The notes under the pieces are model-generated. The model saw nothing but the letters and a program-made list of their open reading frames with translations, was not told the DNA's origin and ran no database searches. The translations under genes were made by a program, and so were the position numbers. Below, piece after piece: positions 1 to 12,136 of a stretch of DNA of 64,000 nucleotides (within the stretch, counting starts at the first letter, position 1; each line of letters starts with the position of its first letter). Origin of the DNA: Squalus acanthias (Eukaryota). Location of the stretch: positions 59,088,001 to 59,152,000 of the forward strand of contig CM059438.1 of the NCBI GenBank assembly GCA_030390025.1. The letters are read 5' to 3'.

Positions 1-1250
1 GAGTATAGGCCCAACCTGCTCAACCTTTCATCATACGTCAACCCCTTCATCCCAGGAATCAACCGAGTGAACCTTCTCTGCACTGCCTCCTTAAATATGG
101 AGACCAAAACTGTACGCAGTACTCCAGGTGCGGTCTCACCAGCACCCTGTAAAGTTGCATCAAGACTTCCCTACTTTTATACTCCATACCCCTTGCAATA
201 AAGGCCAACATTCCATTAGCCTTCCTAATTACTTGCTGTACCTGCATGCTAACTTTTTATGTTTCATGTACTAGGAGCCCCAGATCCCTCTGTACTGCAG
301 CATTTTGTAATCTCTCTCCATTTAAATAATAATTTGCTTTTTCATTCTTCCTTCCAAAGTGGATAACCTCACATTGTCCCACATTATACTCCATCTGCCA
401 AATTTTTGCCCACTCACTTAACCTATCTATATCCCTTTGCAGACTCTTCGTGTCCTCCTCACAACTTGCTAACCCACCTATCTTTGTATCATCAGCAAAT
501 TTGGCTACAGTACACTTGGTCCCTTCATCCAAGTCATTAATATAGATTGTAAATAGTTGAGGCCCCAGCACTAATCCCTGTGGCACCCCATTAGTTACTG
601 GTTGCCAACCAGAAAATGACCCATTTATCCTGACTCTCTGTTTTCTGTTAGTTAGCCAATCCCCTATCCATGCCAATATATTACCCTCAACCCCGTGCGT
701 TCTTATCTTGTGCAGTAACCTTTTATGTGGCACCTTATCAAATGCTTTCTGGAAATCCAAATACACTACATCTACTGGTTCCCCTTTATCCACCCTGTTT
801 GTTACTTCCTCAAAGAACTCCAGCAAATTTGTCAAACATGATTTCCCTTTCATAAAACCATGTTGACTCTGCTCGATTGTATTATGATTTTCTAAATGTC
901 CTGCTATTACCTCCTTAATAATGGATTCCAGCATTTTCCCAATGACAGATGTTAGGCTAACTGGCCTATAGTTTCCTGCTTTTTGTCTCCCTCCTTTCTT
1001 GAATAGTGGCGTTACATTTGTGGTTTTCCAATCCGGTGGGACCTCTCCAGAATCCAGGGAATTTTGGTAGATTACAACCAACGCATCCACTATCTCTGCA
1101 GCCACCTCTTTTAAGACCCTAGGATGCAGGCCATCAGGTCCAGGGGACTTGTCGGCCTTTAGCCCCATTAGTTTGCCCAGTACTTTTTCTCTAGTGATCG
1201 AGATGCTTTTACGTTCCTCCCTCCCTATAGCCCCTTGATTATCTATTATT
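1..1250 (-). mobile_element. CR1 LINE ORF2 (reverse transcriptase) fragment, running off the window start
   Basis: ORFs 257..1255 and 59..247 carry CR1 motifs KSPGPDG, NYRPVSLTS, YLDFQKAFD, GVPQG, KFADD and LVRPHLEYC; contains stops and frameshifts. Confidence 0.95.
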
Positions 1251-1956
1251 AGCATTGGTGCTCAAGCCACAGACACCAAGTACTCGCAGTTTGCCACACT
1301 CGATTAGACAGAACTCAGCTCTGCATGATACTTCACGATATGACCAAGTTAATTAAAGACTGCAGGATTTGGCAATGTTCGACTAACACCAGTGTGGTTT
1401 TAGCCACTGTACTTTCCACTCACCCCGGGGCTTCGTTGTGTGAGCAGAGCATGAACTAAAGTCACACAGACCAGAAAGTCCCAGATTCCAGCCCGGGACT
1501 GCACTGATCCCACCTGGGTTAGCTTAGGCCTACAGCCAGGGGTCTTGCTCCTGATCATTATCTGCCAAGTCCCATTGGAAGATACCTGTATGTTTATTGG
1601 GTGAGGATAGGATTGGGTGACGCCTCCTGTGGTTGAGTAGCCGTCTGCACCTCTTTCCAGGCTCCCTGGAGAAAATGGTCAGTGGGTTGAGGAGTCCTGG
1701 TGTCCATGGATCCATAGCTAATCCAGGAGAAGTCAACGTACACCAGGACAAGAAAGACTTGCATTTCTATAGCGCCCTTCATGACCTCAGGACGTCCCAA
1801 AGCGCTTCACAGCCAATAAAGTATTTTTGCAGTGTAGTCACTGTTGTAATATAGGAAACGCAGCAGCCAATTTGCGCACAGCAAGCTCCCACAAACAGCA
1901 ATGCAATAATGACCGAATTATCAGTTTTAGTGATGTTGGGTAAGAGATAAATATTG

Positions 1957-3641
1957 AGGATGTAACTGGTAGAATAGATAAGGGAGAACCAGTGGATGTG
2001 GTGTATATGGACTTTCAGAAGGCTTTCGATAACATAGAAACATAGAATCTAGGAGCAGGAATAGGCCATTCGGCCCGTCGAGCCTGCTCCACCATTCAAT
2101 ACGATCATGGCTGATCATTCAAATCCAGTACCCTGTCCCTGCTTTAATCCCCACAGTACACATATCCCACCCTACCCCCGTAACCCCACGTATTTAATTC
2201 CCCCTAACATATCCCATCCTATCCCCATAACCCCACATATTTAATCCCCCCCTAACACTAAGGGTCAATTTATCATAGCCAAATCAACCTAACCCGCACA
2301 TTTTTGGACTGTGGGAGGAAACCGGAGCACCCGGAGGGAACCCACGCAGACACGGGGAGAATGTGCAAACTCCACACAGACAGTCACCCGAGGTCAGATT
2401 CGAACCCGGGTCCCTGGCGCTGTGAGGCACCAGTGCTAACCACTATGCCACTGTGTTGCCCACTAAGGTCCCGCATAAGAGATTAGTGTGCAAAGTTAAA
2501 GCACATGGGATTGGGGGTAAGGTACTGTCTTGGATAGAAAACTGGTTGGCAGACAGGAAGCAAAGAGTTGGAATAAACGGGTCTTTTTCCGAGTGGCAGG
2601 CAGTGACTAGTGGGGCACCGCAGGGATTGGTGCTAGGACCCCAGCTATTCACAATATATATTAATGATCTAGACGAGGGAACTAGATGTAATATCTCCAA
2701 GTTTGCAGACGACACAAAGCTGGGTGGGCGTGTGTGCTGTGAGGAGGATGCAGAGAAACTCCAGTATGATTTGGACAGGTTGGGTGATTGGGCAGATGAA
2801 TGGCAGATGCAGTATAATGTGGATAAATGCGAGGTTATCCACTTTGGTGGCAAAAACAGGAAGGCAGATTATTATCTGAACGGCAATAGATTGGGAAAAG
2901 GGGAAGTGCAACGAGGCCTGGGTGTCCTTGTGCACCAGTCGCTGAAGGTAAGCATGCAGGTGCAGCAGGCGGTTAAGAAGGCAAATGGTATGTTGGCCTT
3001 CATAGCGAGAGGATTCGAGTACAGGAGCAAGGATGTCTTGCTGCAGTTGTACAGGGCCTTGGTGAGACCACACCTTGAGTATTGTGTGCAGTTTTGGTTG
3101 CCTTATCTGAGGAAGGATGTTCTTGCCATTGAGAGAGTGCAGCGAAGATTCACCAGACTGATACCTGGGATGGCAGGAATGACGTATGAAGAGAGATTGG
3201 GTCGATTGGGCTTGTATTCGCTAGAGTTTAGAAGAATGAGAGGGGATCTCATTGAAACTGATAAAATTCTAACAGGACTAGACAGACTAGATGCAGGAAG
3301 GATGTTCCCGATGGTGGGGGAGTCCAGAACCAGGGGTCACAGTCTAAGGATAAGGGGTAAGCCATTTAGGACTGAGATGAGGAGGAATTTCTTCACCTAG
3401 AGAGTGGTGAACCTGTGGAATTCTCTACCACAGAAGACAGCTGAGTCCAATTCATTAAATATATTCAAGAAGGAGTTAGATATATTTCTTAAGGCTAAGG
3501 GGATCAAGGGATATGGGGAGAAAGCAGGGACAGGGTACTGAATTTGGATGACCAGCCATGATCGCATTGAATGGCGGAGCAGGCTCGAGGGGCTGAATGG
3601 CCTACTCCTGCTCCTATCTTCTATGTTTCTATGTTTCTATG
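1957..3641 (+). mobile_element. 5'-truncated CR1 LINE (RT to 3' tail), interrupted by an HE1 SINE
   Basis: EDVTGRIDKGEPVDVVYMDFQKAFD at 1957-2030 continues as KVPHK in ORF 2453..3400; ends in a (TTCTATGT)n tail. Confidence 0.95.
2033..2463 (-). mobile_element. HE1-type V-SINE (tRNA-derived head, V-domain, CR1 tail)
   Basis: Minus strand shows A box TGGCATAGTGG, B box GGTTCGAATC, V-domain gtgtggagtttgcacattctccccgtgtctgcgtggg and a CR1-like tail; flanked by TAA/TAA. Confidence 0.9.
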
Positions 3642-4369
3642 ACCTGGACACCGGGGAGAACGCCCCTGCTCTTCTTTGAATAGTGCCGTGGGATCTTTTA
3701 CATCTACCTCAGATGGCAGATGGGGCCTCGGATTAACATTTTATCCGAAAGACAGCACCTCCGACAGTAGAGCACTCCCTCAGTACCCTTGGTCTGATTC
3801 CTTGCAGTACAGACACTGTCAGCCACTCTAGCCAGGGGCTCCCCCTCTGTCTCAGGGGGCTGGCATCGTGCCCAAGAGCTGTCCTCTGGGTGTAGGAGGT
3901 AACCATCCTCTGGCTCGAGCTTTCTCCGCGGAACCGAGCAATGCCAATTGGGAATCAAAGGCCGCAGGGGGCTGTGGTGCCCGGGAGGATCCGCTCCAGG
4001 CCTGGCCTATTCCGGTCACTCGCCAGGAGTCACAGCAGGCACCCCGGGGGTGTTGGGAGCAAGTCAACCAGTTGAGGCATCACCTGCACGGGAGCAGCCT
4101 CCCAGTGAGCTGGAAGCTGGCCTGTCTCACGGGGACAGTGGCGGCTGTAGTGAGGGGCTTCAACCTGCCACTGCCCCAGGGACAAACCCTTCATCTGGTG
4201 GTCCCTGGATCAGCGGCGGCAGGCCAGGAAATAGGTCGGTTTCCCGTCCCCCCCTCCCATTTATGTGGCGTGGCTGGGGAGAGGTGGTCAGTAGTCCTCC
4301 AGGCTGGGGAGGTGTGTGAAAAGGTGGGTCAGAGCGGGGAGACGGTAGGAGGTCTTCCTGCCCGGGAAA

Positions 4370-4845
4370 CATTTAAAACGGTGATCAATAGGGTCGAGGA
4401 GAAACATATCCCACTAAAAAGCAAGAACAAACTAGCCAGTAATGACACACCGTGGATTAATGAAGAGATAAGAGCAAAATTGACACTAAAGAAAAAGACA
4501 CACACTGAGTATAGAGACAACAAAGGCGAGAGTGACAGAAGGGAATATGAAGAGGTTGGGAAAGAAGTCAAAAAAACAATTAGGAAGGCAAAGAGAAACT
4601 ACAACATTAAATGATGAAGGAATATAAAAAGAAATAATAAAGAATTCTACAGACACATGAATAACAGAAGAGAAATCAGAATAGGCCACCGAGGGATACA
4701 CACAATAAACTCACGGGTAATGACGGCGAATTGGCAGAAATATTAAATAGTTTTTTTGCCTCGATATTTACCAGGGAGACTAACATGGTGACCATGACAC
4801 TGGAAGAATAGATCAAAATGGATACAAAGGTAATTAAGATAGAAA
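4370..4845 (+). mobile_element. Decayed CR1 ORF2 linker-region fragment
   Basis: ETFKTVINRVEEKHIPLK...TPWINEEIR...IRKAKRNY, followed by stops. Confidence 0.75.
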
Positions 4846-4974
4846 TGCGGTCCTTGCCCTGCTCTGAGGTTGCAGTTGTGCCTGCAGCAGTCGGCAGATT
4901 TCAGTCACGACCTCTTTAGTGAAACTGAGACGTCTCAAGCGTTGGTCGTCGCTGAATGTGAGTTAAAAGAATTG

Positions 4975-5658
4975 GGTGGAGGAAAGTTGGGTCGCGCCCC
5001 CTTTGGGGCGCTGAATTCGCTGGGGTGCTACTTTTAGTGCCCCGAAAATGTTAGCGCCCCCGTGCTCGAAGTTGAATGGTAGCGCCCCAAGAGGGAGGCG
5101 GGGCGCTACTGGAAGCGCTCCCCCTCCCTCTTGGGGCGCTCCCATGGAATATCGCGGGGTTACGTGCAGCAGCGCCACGTGAGCTGGCCTGTAGCGCCGC
5201 GGTACTGTGATTAAAGGGGAGGGGTCTAGCGCAGCGCGTACCGGGGCCCTGCTGGCCCACCAGGGAGCAGGGTGCCGGCAAAAGAGCCCGGCACTCAAGA
5301 GGAGTGCCAGGCTGACGGATTGCAGCCGGCACCCCACAAGAGGATGCAAGAGGGGACAGGTGCTGGCGGGCGGCCCAAAGAAATGGCGGCCCGGCCCCTG
5401 CCCTTTAATTTACGATGCCGCGGCTGAACACAGCGTCCGGCGGTAGGTCAGGGGGCGCGAGCCAACTTTGCGGCCGAGGCGAGAGCGGGGCGCTGCGCAT
5501 GGCGATGACGTCATCAGCGGAGGCACAGCGCCACGGGGCACTACTGGCTACCACCGCCGCTAACCTCCCGTTGAATTACACAGGCGGCGTTAGCGGCGCC
5601 GCACCCGGGCGCTAGTTGCTTTGCCCCGTTAGTGTCCCCTCAATCGAATTTTTCCCCC
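4975..5658. mobile_element. GC-rich non-autonomous Harbinger-type MITE (family C)
   Basis: Imperfect TIRs ggtggaggaaagttgg / cgaatttttccccc; TTG TSD at 4972-4974 and 5659-5661; homologous to 16974-17866. Confidence 0.75.
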
Positions 5659-5727
5659 TTGCTCTCTAAAGACCCTCTGTGAATATAGCCTCCCGCTCAG
5701 GGCCCTTCTCCTCCTCCTCCCTCTTCT

Positions 5728-8010
5728 AGAAAGAAAAGAAAGACTTGCATTTCTATAGCGCCTTTCACGACCACCAGACGTCTCAAAGCGCTTTACAGAC
5801 AATGAAGTACTTTTTGAAGTGGAGTCACTGTTGTAATGTGGGAAACGCGGCAGCCAATTTGCGCACAGCAAGATCCCACAAACAGCAATGTGATAATGAC
5901 CAGATAATCTGTTTTTGTTATGTTGGTTGAGGAATAAATATTGGCCCCAGGACACCGGGGATAACTCCCCTGCTCTTCTTCGAAATAGCGCCATGGGATC
6001 TTTTACACCCAGACAGCAGACGGGACCTCGGTTTAACGTCTTATCCAAAAGACGGCCCTTCTGACAGTGCAGCGCTCCCTCAGTATTGCACTGGAATTTC
6101 AGCCTAGGTTTATGTGCTCAAGTCTCTGGAGTCGGACTTAATCCCAGAAACTTTTGACTCAGAGGCGAGTGTGCTACCCACTTTTTTATATATTATTTGT
6201 TGAACATTAAAAACATTTACAACATGGTGATCATTCCATTGTATCATACAAATCCATTCCACCGCTCTGCACAGCCATTCCTCCATCACATGTTAACATC
6301 GAAACCTGAAGTTTAATTTGTCTCCCATAACATATACTAATCTATTGTACTTTAAAAATTGATCAGTAATCATGGCTCCGAATAAGGGAAGTGTGCCTGA
6401 TAATCCCCCCATCATTTAATCTCCGGCCCTTCCCTTCTCTCAGGCTCCTTCCCAACATTTCGGGCAGCTGCTGCTTTCTCCTGCAGCCTCCGGCTCTTTT
6501 TCACCTCCTGTTTGAACCTTCCCTGCAATTTCAGCCTCTTCCTTACATTAGGTTTGGGCCGAGGAGCTGCCCCTTCTCCCTCCTTCCGCCCCTCACTAAC
6601 CTTTCCCTTTCCACACGATGCCACCCCACCCCCACTGCCATGTCTCTGTCCCCCTCTGACTCCTCACTCTCGAGCTCTTCTGTAACCTCCCGTCCCTGCT
6701 CCCCGTCAGATATATAATCTCCCTCAGAGAGTCTTCCTGCAATCACGGTTTCTCCAACAGTGCCGCTCCCTTCGGCCTCAGCTCCACCGCTGACCCTTGC
6801 TCCCCGCTTCTTCTCTCTCTCGGACAATGGCGCATCTGCACCTATATTGCTCCCTTCTGGCATCTTTGTCTGCCCGCTCCCATCCTGCTGCCCCTTTAAG
6901 GCCCCTGCCTCTTGCACCCTCTCCTTGTCTTGCCCCCTCCTGCTCCCCGAGATGTCCGACTCCCCGTCTTTCTTTGGAGTACTTACACTTACCCCACACC
7001 ACTCCCGCCTGCTCTCCCCCTGCAGACACCAGATTCTTTAGGGAGAGCCGAGCTGTATTATGGTTCGACTCTACCCTCGACCTGTGCTGCACGCTACTGT
7101 CTTTGTCCTTTTCCACCGTACTTGGTGTGTTTTCCACCATCTCCATTCTGTTCTCTTCTCCGCAATTTTTTGCCTCTTCCTGCGCTCTTTTCTCCTGCCA
7201 TTCACCGGCTGTGTCCTCCGACTGCTCCGCTCCTCCGGCCGCTCCACTCACACCTCCTGCTCCTTCTCCTTCTCCCAGCTCCTCATCACTCAAGGGGCTT
7301 CCTTCTGCCACACACTCACAGCGGGTGGGACCTTTGTGACACACCCCACAGCTCTCCTCCTTGCAACTCCGAGCGCTGGGAACTGCACCTTTACATAACG
7401 GGTTCCATCTGCTACCTGCGTTCCTGGACAATATCTCCTCTTTATTGCTGATCAAATTTTAATGTCCCACAACTTCAACTTTTTATTAACACATCGTCCT
7501 CAATATAAACCGGCAGGTTTAAGAATGAGACCACTACCTCTTCAGAATATAGCAAAGTTACCTCCAAGAACTTATCTCCAACCTTCAAACTCAGTAAAAG
7601 TCTTTCCACCTCCTCTCGGCCACTGACCGTCACCTCGAACCCAACATTCGGGTTTGGTCGGCAGGCAAAGCAGCTTCCCTCACCACAGTCCTCATATACC
7701 GCCTGGATAATATCCCAAGCTCATTTCTCCCTATCCTCGCACTGAACCACCACCGTGTTTTCTTTTCCAAACCTCCTGGGGTCCCGGCCCAAATCTTTGG
7801 GCCTTTTTTTCTCCCTTCCCCCAACATTTTCTCCCCTGATTAAATTCATCCTGGGAACACTGTCCTCTGAGGGGCCCTAAAAACTGAAAAAAACCATCAC
7901 CAACTTTTTACAAACTCACTCCAACTTCCTGCAGTAATCAAGCACCCAGCAGCACCTGCTCACTCCTAGCACCTCCCACCTAGAGAGTGCAACCCACTGA
8001 GCCACAGCTG
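5728..8010 (-). mobile_element. Full-length DeuSINE (SacSINE1-like), 5728-6181 plus 7983-8010, with its head split by an insertion
   Basis: Tail, Deu-domain and tRNA-like head (cagctgtggctcagtgggt...) present; the first ~28 nt of the head are displaced to 7983-8010. Confidence 0.88.
6182..7982 (-). mobile_element. ORF1-only (HAL1-like) Tx1/L1-clade non-autonomous retroelement, decayed
   Basis: Minus-strand translation FEVTV...VVSFLNLPVYIEDDVL / IKRRYCPGTQVADGTRYVKVQFP / CGVCHKGPTRCEC / acidic tract / PRPKPN resembles Tx1 ORF1; A-rich tail at 6182; 15-bp TSD with 2 mismatches (6167-6181, 7983-7997); no ORF2 motifs. Confidence 0.75.
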
Positions 8011-9787
8011 CTTGTCCTGCTCTGCGTGGCCTCTCTTCATTCTCCCTGTCATTCTCAATTCCCAGAGGAAAGCCTACCAGGCCACCCACGACTGGAAGCA
8101 ACTTCTTTCAGAACAAACTTTTAAATGAACAAAAAAGTATTCAGCACCAGCCAGGCCACTACCTGTAGACTATTGAAACTTTAGGCAAGTATAGGAAAGC
8201 TCCAAAAATGCGTAGAATTGCACCAGCGGCCAGAAGAAATAATCCAGCAACTAACCTGTAAGTAGTTCTAGATCCCTTTAATTAGCGCTGGTGGGGGGTC
8301 CTTCATGCCATTGGACGAATGTTCAGCTGTGCGAGGTTAAGACAGGGCATAGGGTGGAGTGTGGCATTCGAAAATGACAGCGCTGGCGTCAAATCAGCGT
8401 TGCACACTGATTGATGTCATAATCTACCGGCTCTGCATGCTACCGGCGGTCATTAGGTGTGCGCGCAAACCCCTTTACCAAGATGGCGTCTGGCCCTCTT
8501 CCCATTGAAGAGTGCGCATTCATCTCGGATGCCATTTTACACCATTTGGAGGCCGACTAGCGCCTACTAAATGGGTGCTACAGAGCCCAATTTTTCCCCA
8601 GTTCCTCTTTATCTACCCTATCAATTTCTTTAATCCCCTTAAACAACTCAATTAGTTCACCCCTTGTAATATACTTGGGTGGAACAAATGAAATACAGAG
8701 ACATGATGAGTTGCTAGTTCATGTGCTTGCTTTACTAGGCCAGAGTGAACTGAGCATGCTCATACTAAACCATGTGACAAACCATGTGATAATACATTAC
8801 ACTGCTTTCCCCTTAAAAAAATGTACGTAATCCCCTCTCAAATACAACAAAACTATGGTCCCACCTTTCCCAGGGTTACATGTACCACATAACAAAAACT
8901 CCTGGCTTTTTTTCTTTTAAATGAACTACAAATCCAGTTTAATAACAGGTTTGCGGAACCTTCCTGATCTCCTTACTGAGGGTTTTTGTGTTGAACCAAT
9001 TTTCGAGCTGTTTTGTTTCGGTTCCGAAAACAAAGATGATCCTGCTTCTATTTCAGACTTGTTTGAAACTGATACTTCAGTTACTGAAGTCTGAACTGAG
9101 TTAAACTCGTGTATGTGCTCATGATCAAGTAGTTCGCGATCATGTCTTGGTTCATCTCTAGCAGAGATCATTTGATCTACATGAACACTTCGGATGTTGT
9201 CACCAATTTCAACTAAATATCTCTTGGTTCCACCAACCTCTACTATGGTTCCTACATCCCACTTGTGTGAACTTGACATATCAGGGTGACTGAGAACACG
9301 AACACACTCATTTTGTTTGAAACTGCGTTCTTTCTGATTGGTGTCATAATAACGTTTCTGACTCAACAGTTTCTGTTCAACTCTTGAGGCCAAATTTGGT
9401 TGAACAAGACTCAATTGTGTTCTCAATCTCCTCTTCATCAAGAGTTCTGCTGGGGTATATCCAGGTGTAGTGTGCAGAGTAGTTCTGTGCTTCAGTAAGA
9501 AATTTGCCAAACGTTGCTTCATGCTGAGTCCCGAACAACCCTGCAACACTTGCTTTTTGAGAGCTTCTTTCACTATTCTGACTGACCTTTTTGGCTGCTC
9601 CGTTTGAAGCTGGATGATATGGTGGAACAAGAGTGTGTTTGATACCGTTCCGTTTCATGAATTCTTGGAATAGAGCAGACTGGAAATGAGGGCCATTGTC
9701 AGAAACAAGCTCTTCAGGTCAGTCATGACATGCAAAGATAGACCTCAACTCATCTATGGTACGTTCAGTTGTAATATTTGAACCTAT

Positions 9788-12136
9788 GGGCTGGATTTTG
9801 CCAATGGGGAGCTTTTGGAGGCGGGACTCCCACTTGCAGGTTTTAGTCCCGCCTCCATCGACTTCTGGCCAACCCACGCTATTTTCCCTTGATTGACCTT
9901 GTGAAGCCCGCCCAGCTGTCAAACACTGACATTCTCTGTAGTTTGATGAGTTCTTGTATTCAAGACTCATCAAACCTCTTTTTCTTTAGCAGAAATTAGA
10001 TGGTTGTTGCATTGGAGAATGCAGCAGCCATCTGTCATCTCTGCTGCGGAGATTCAAGACTCTCCGCACCCCCAACGATTGAAGCCTGCAGTGTAAAGTT
10101 TCCAAAATTTGCAGACCCCCAACAACCTAAGGAAAAAGGACTTTGGAACTACCTCAGAGTGATAAAATGCATTTGGGCCTAACCTAAGGAATTTAAGACC
10201 AAAAACCAAGTTTTGGCATTTTAAAACTATGTCTGGGCCTGTAAAGGGACAAGGAGGTGGGTACAACCTCTGTAAAAGCAGTTTGGCTATTGCAGTTAAT
10301 TACACTGTCTGGGGAACCGTGATGACCTCACTCAAGCCCCAGCAGACATTAACATTTGAACAATAGACCCAGGGGAAGAGCAGTCCCACCCAAAATACAG
10401 GCCCCATCAAAACTGATTACAGGGCTCATCAGAAACATGCATAATAAAACCCACTCAGGACCATTCTATAGAAAAACCGAGTCCAGCCCAGAAACCCAAA
10501 CACGAAATTAATCACCAGTGATCAACCAAGGAGATCGACAGGATGCAAGCCATCCCAAAAGCCATCTGACACTTACAGAGCAGTTACTGGTAACAGGCCC
10601 GCCAAAATCAGACAATGAACTGAGCAGATTTGGCAGGTAGATAAGGCCATGTTCAATGGGTGAGATTGAAGGCCTGTTAAAAAACTAATTAACACGCTAG
10701 TAAGTCGTTACCGATTAACGAGCCCGCCAAAACCAGACAATGAACTGAGTAGATTTGGCGGGTAGATAAGGCCACTTCAATTCCGTATAATTGAAGGCCC
10801 GTTAAGCAGTTCAGTGTGGTCATCAGAAGAAGAAGAAACAAGGAAGAAGACAAACCGAGCTGGAAGCGAGTCGGCATCGCTCACCACTCAGACACACCTG
10901 AGTCCAGCTCGTGAAGATACCACCTTGACGGACCTCCAACAACGGTCCCAACACAGTCACCCGGAGCAACAAGCAGCAACAAGTCACCGATGGCTCCACA
11001 AGGTCGACCGACACACTAGACAAGGCCTAAAACCATCGCGGAAACCAAAGGCCTCAAGAAACCAACAACCGCGTATTACCCCCAACTGACCGGGTAATAG
11101 CAGGCCACCGCGACCAACAAAGACCAACTCAAGGGAAGAAAACCCGAAGAACCGCAAAGTTTCCACTTTACAATGTACTCCTGACTTACCCCTGGGTAAG
11201 ATTTTCCCCAAAGACTCTAAACCCTACTGCTAAACCAAAGAAATTGGGTACTCACCAGATAGATCCAAAACGACATCCTACCGCATCAGCGGACTCGCGA
11301 AGACTGACCAGGTACACAGGTGAAGTCCTCTACCGCGTACGGGGTACGGCAGACACTAACCGCCATAAACAGCGAACCCCAAAACCGTGATTTAGCCCAA
11401 CTGTCAAAGGATTGGTGAGCATTATCCCTGGTCCTTCAAAACCTAACTTAGCTAGTAAAGAGGGGTTGGGAGGGGTGAAGTATTGTTCTGCTGTCATTTC
11501 CCTCGCTTGTACCGAAGTGTTCCCCACCTTTAGAGTATTAAGAGTGTTGTTATTTGTGTTTTACCTTTTCAATAAAGATCGAAGTTCTTTCATCAAACTC
11601 AGTTGTCTGCTGCACCTTTTGTCACAACCCCCAAATAAGTCCAAGGTCTAGAACCAAGGGAGTGGGAGCGATTCGAACCGCTCAGAAGTCAGAGGTGAAG
11701 CTGACACAAACCACCACCCCCTACAGCAGGAAGAAACAAAGGTAAGCAAACTTTTTCTAACACATTCCACTTACCTTACATACTCACCTCTCCACACTTG
11801 CACCCATCACTTACCTTCGCAGCGCACTTTTGCACCCCGCAGACCCCCGCAGACCCACTGCTTGCCTCGGTGACCCTGGCGGGGTTCACAGCCTTCGGGA
11901 AATGGGAATAATCCTCTTATCTGCCTGTTAACTATCTGTTAACAGGCAGTTAAGTTGCTGTAATCCCCTTCCCGCCTCCAAGGAGATGGGACCCGGCACG
12001 GGTCGGCTACCTGCCTCCTGGCAAGATGGCACGGAGGCGGGTTGGGGGTGGGATGGGCACCCGCCCCCAGATTCTGCCATTTTCCTGGCAGTTCCCCCTC
12101 CATACCCGCCTCCCCAGGGCTGGGAAGATCGCGCCC
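9788..12136. mobile_element. Non-autonomous Harbinger element (about 0.7 kb without its nested LTR), inside the Gypsy integrase
   Basis: Left end gggctggattttgcca is identical to the TIR of 40971-45184; imperfect right TIR tgggaagatcgcgccc; TAT/CAT TSD; removing it restores EVKHM-GSNITTE. Confidence 0.8.
10092..11725 (+). mobile_element. Solo LTR, family L1 (1634 bp)
   Basis: TG...CA ends; GCAG TSD; AATAAA at 11571; internal ~124-bp duplication near 10595-10810; homologous to 15307-16629 and 46585-47775. Confidence 0.88.

Larger units (their letters stand above)
1750..3786 (-). mobile_element. DeuSINE (SacSINE1-like), split into 1750-1956 and 3642-3786 by a CR1 insertion
   Basis: Deu-domain sequence (cagccaatttgcgcacagcaagctcccacaaacagcaatg) and L2-like tail; the two halves are colinear with the copy at 5728-6181. 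Confidence 0.85.
4846..8599 (-). mobile_element. Decayed Harbinger (family B): 5' terminus plus transposase N-terminus, in pieces 8011-8599, 5659-5727 and 4846-4974
   Basis: Rejoined minus strand reads RRRRRALSGRLYSQRVFREQ|FF*LTFSDDQRLRRLSFTKEVVTEICRLLQAQLQPQSRARTA; colinear with 45405-46060 and 40206-40401. Confidence 0.8.

Noticed and set aside
1440..1745. LF-SINE-like head fragment and a possible minus-strand exon (about 1588-1717)
   Set aside because: Similarity is short and degenerate, the donor site is weak and the peptide is unrecognisable
2380..2463. tRNA gene
   Set aside because: The A and B boxes belong to the HE1 SINE head and continue into the V-domain
3868..4614. 248-aa ORF as a gene
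   Set aside because: Chance fusion of an unassigned GC-rich stretch with a CR1 fragment; no recognisable domain in the first part
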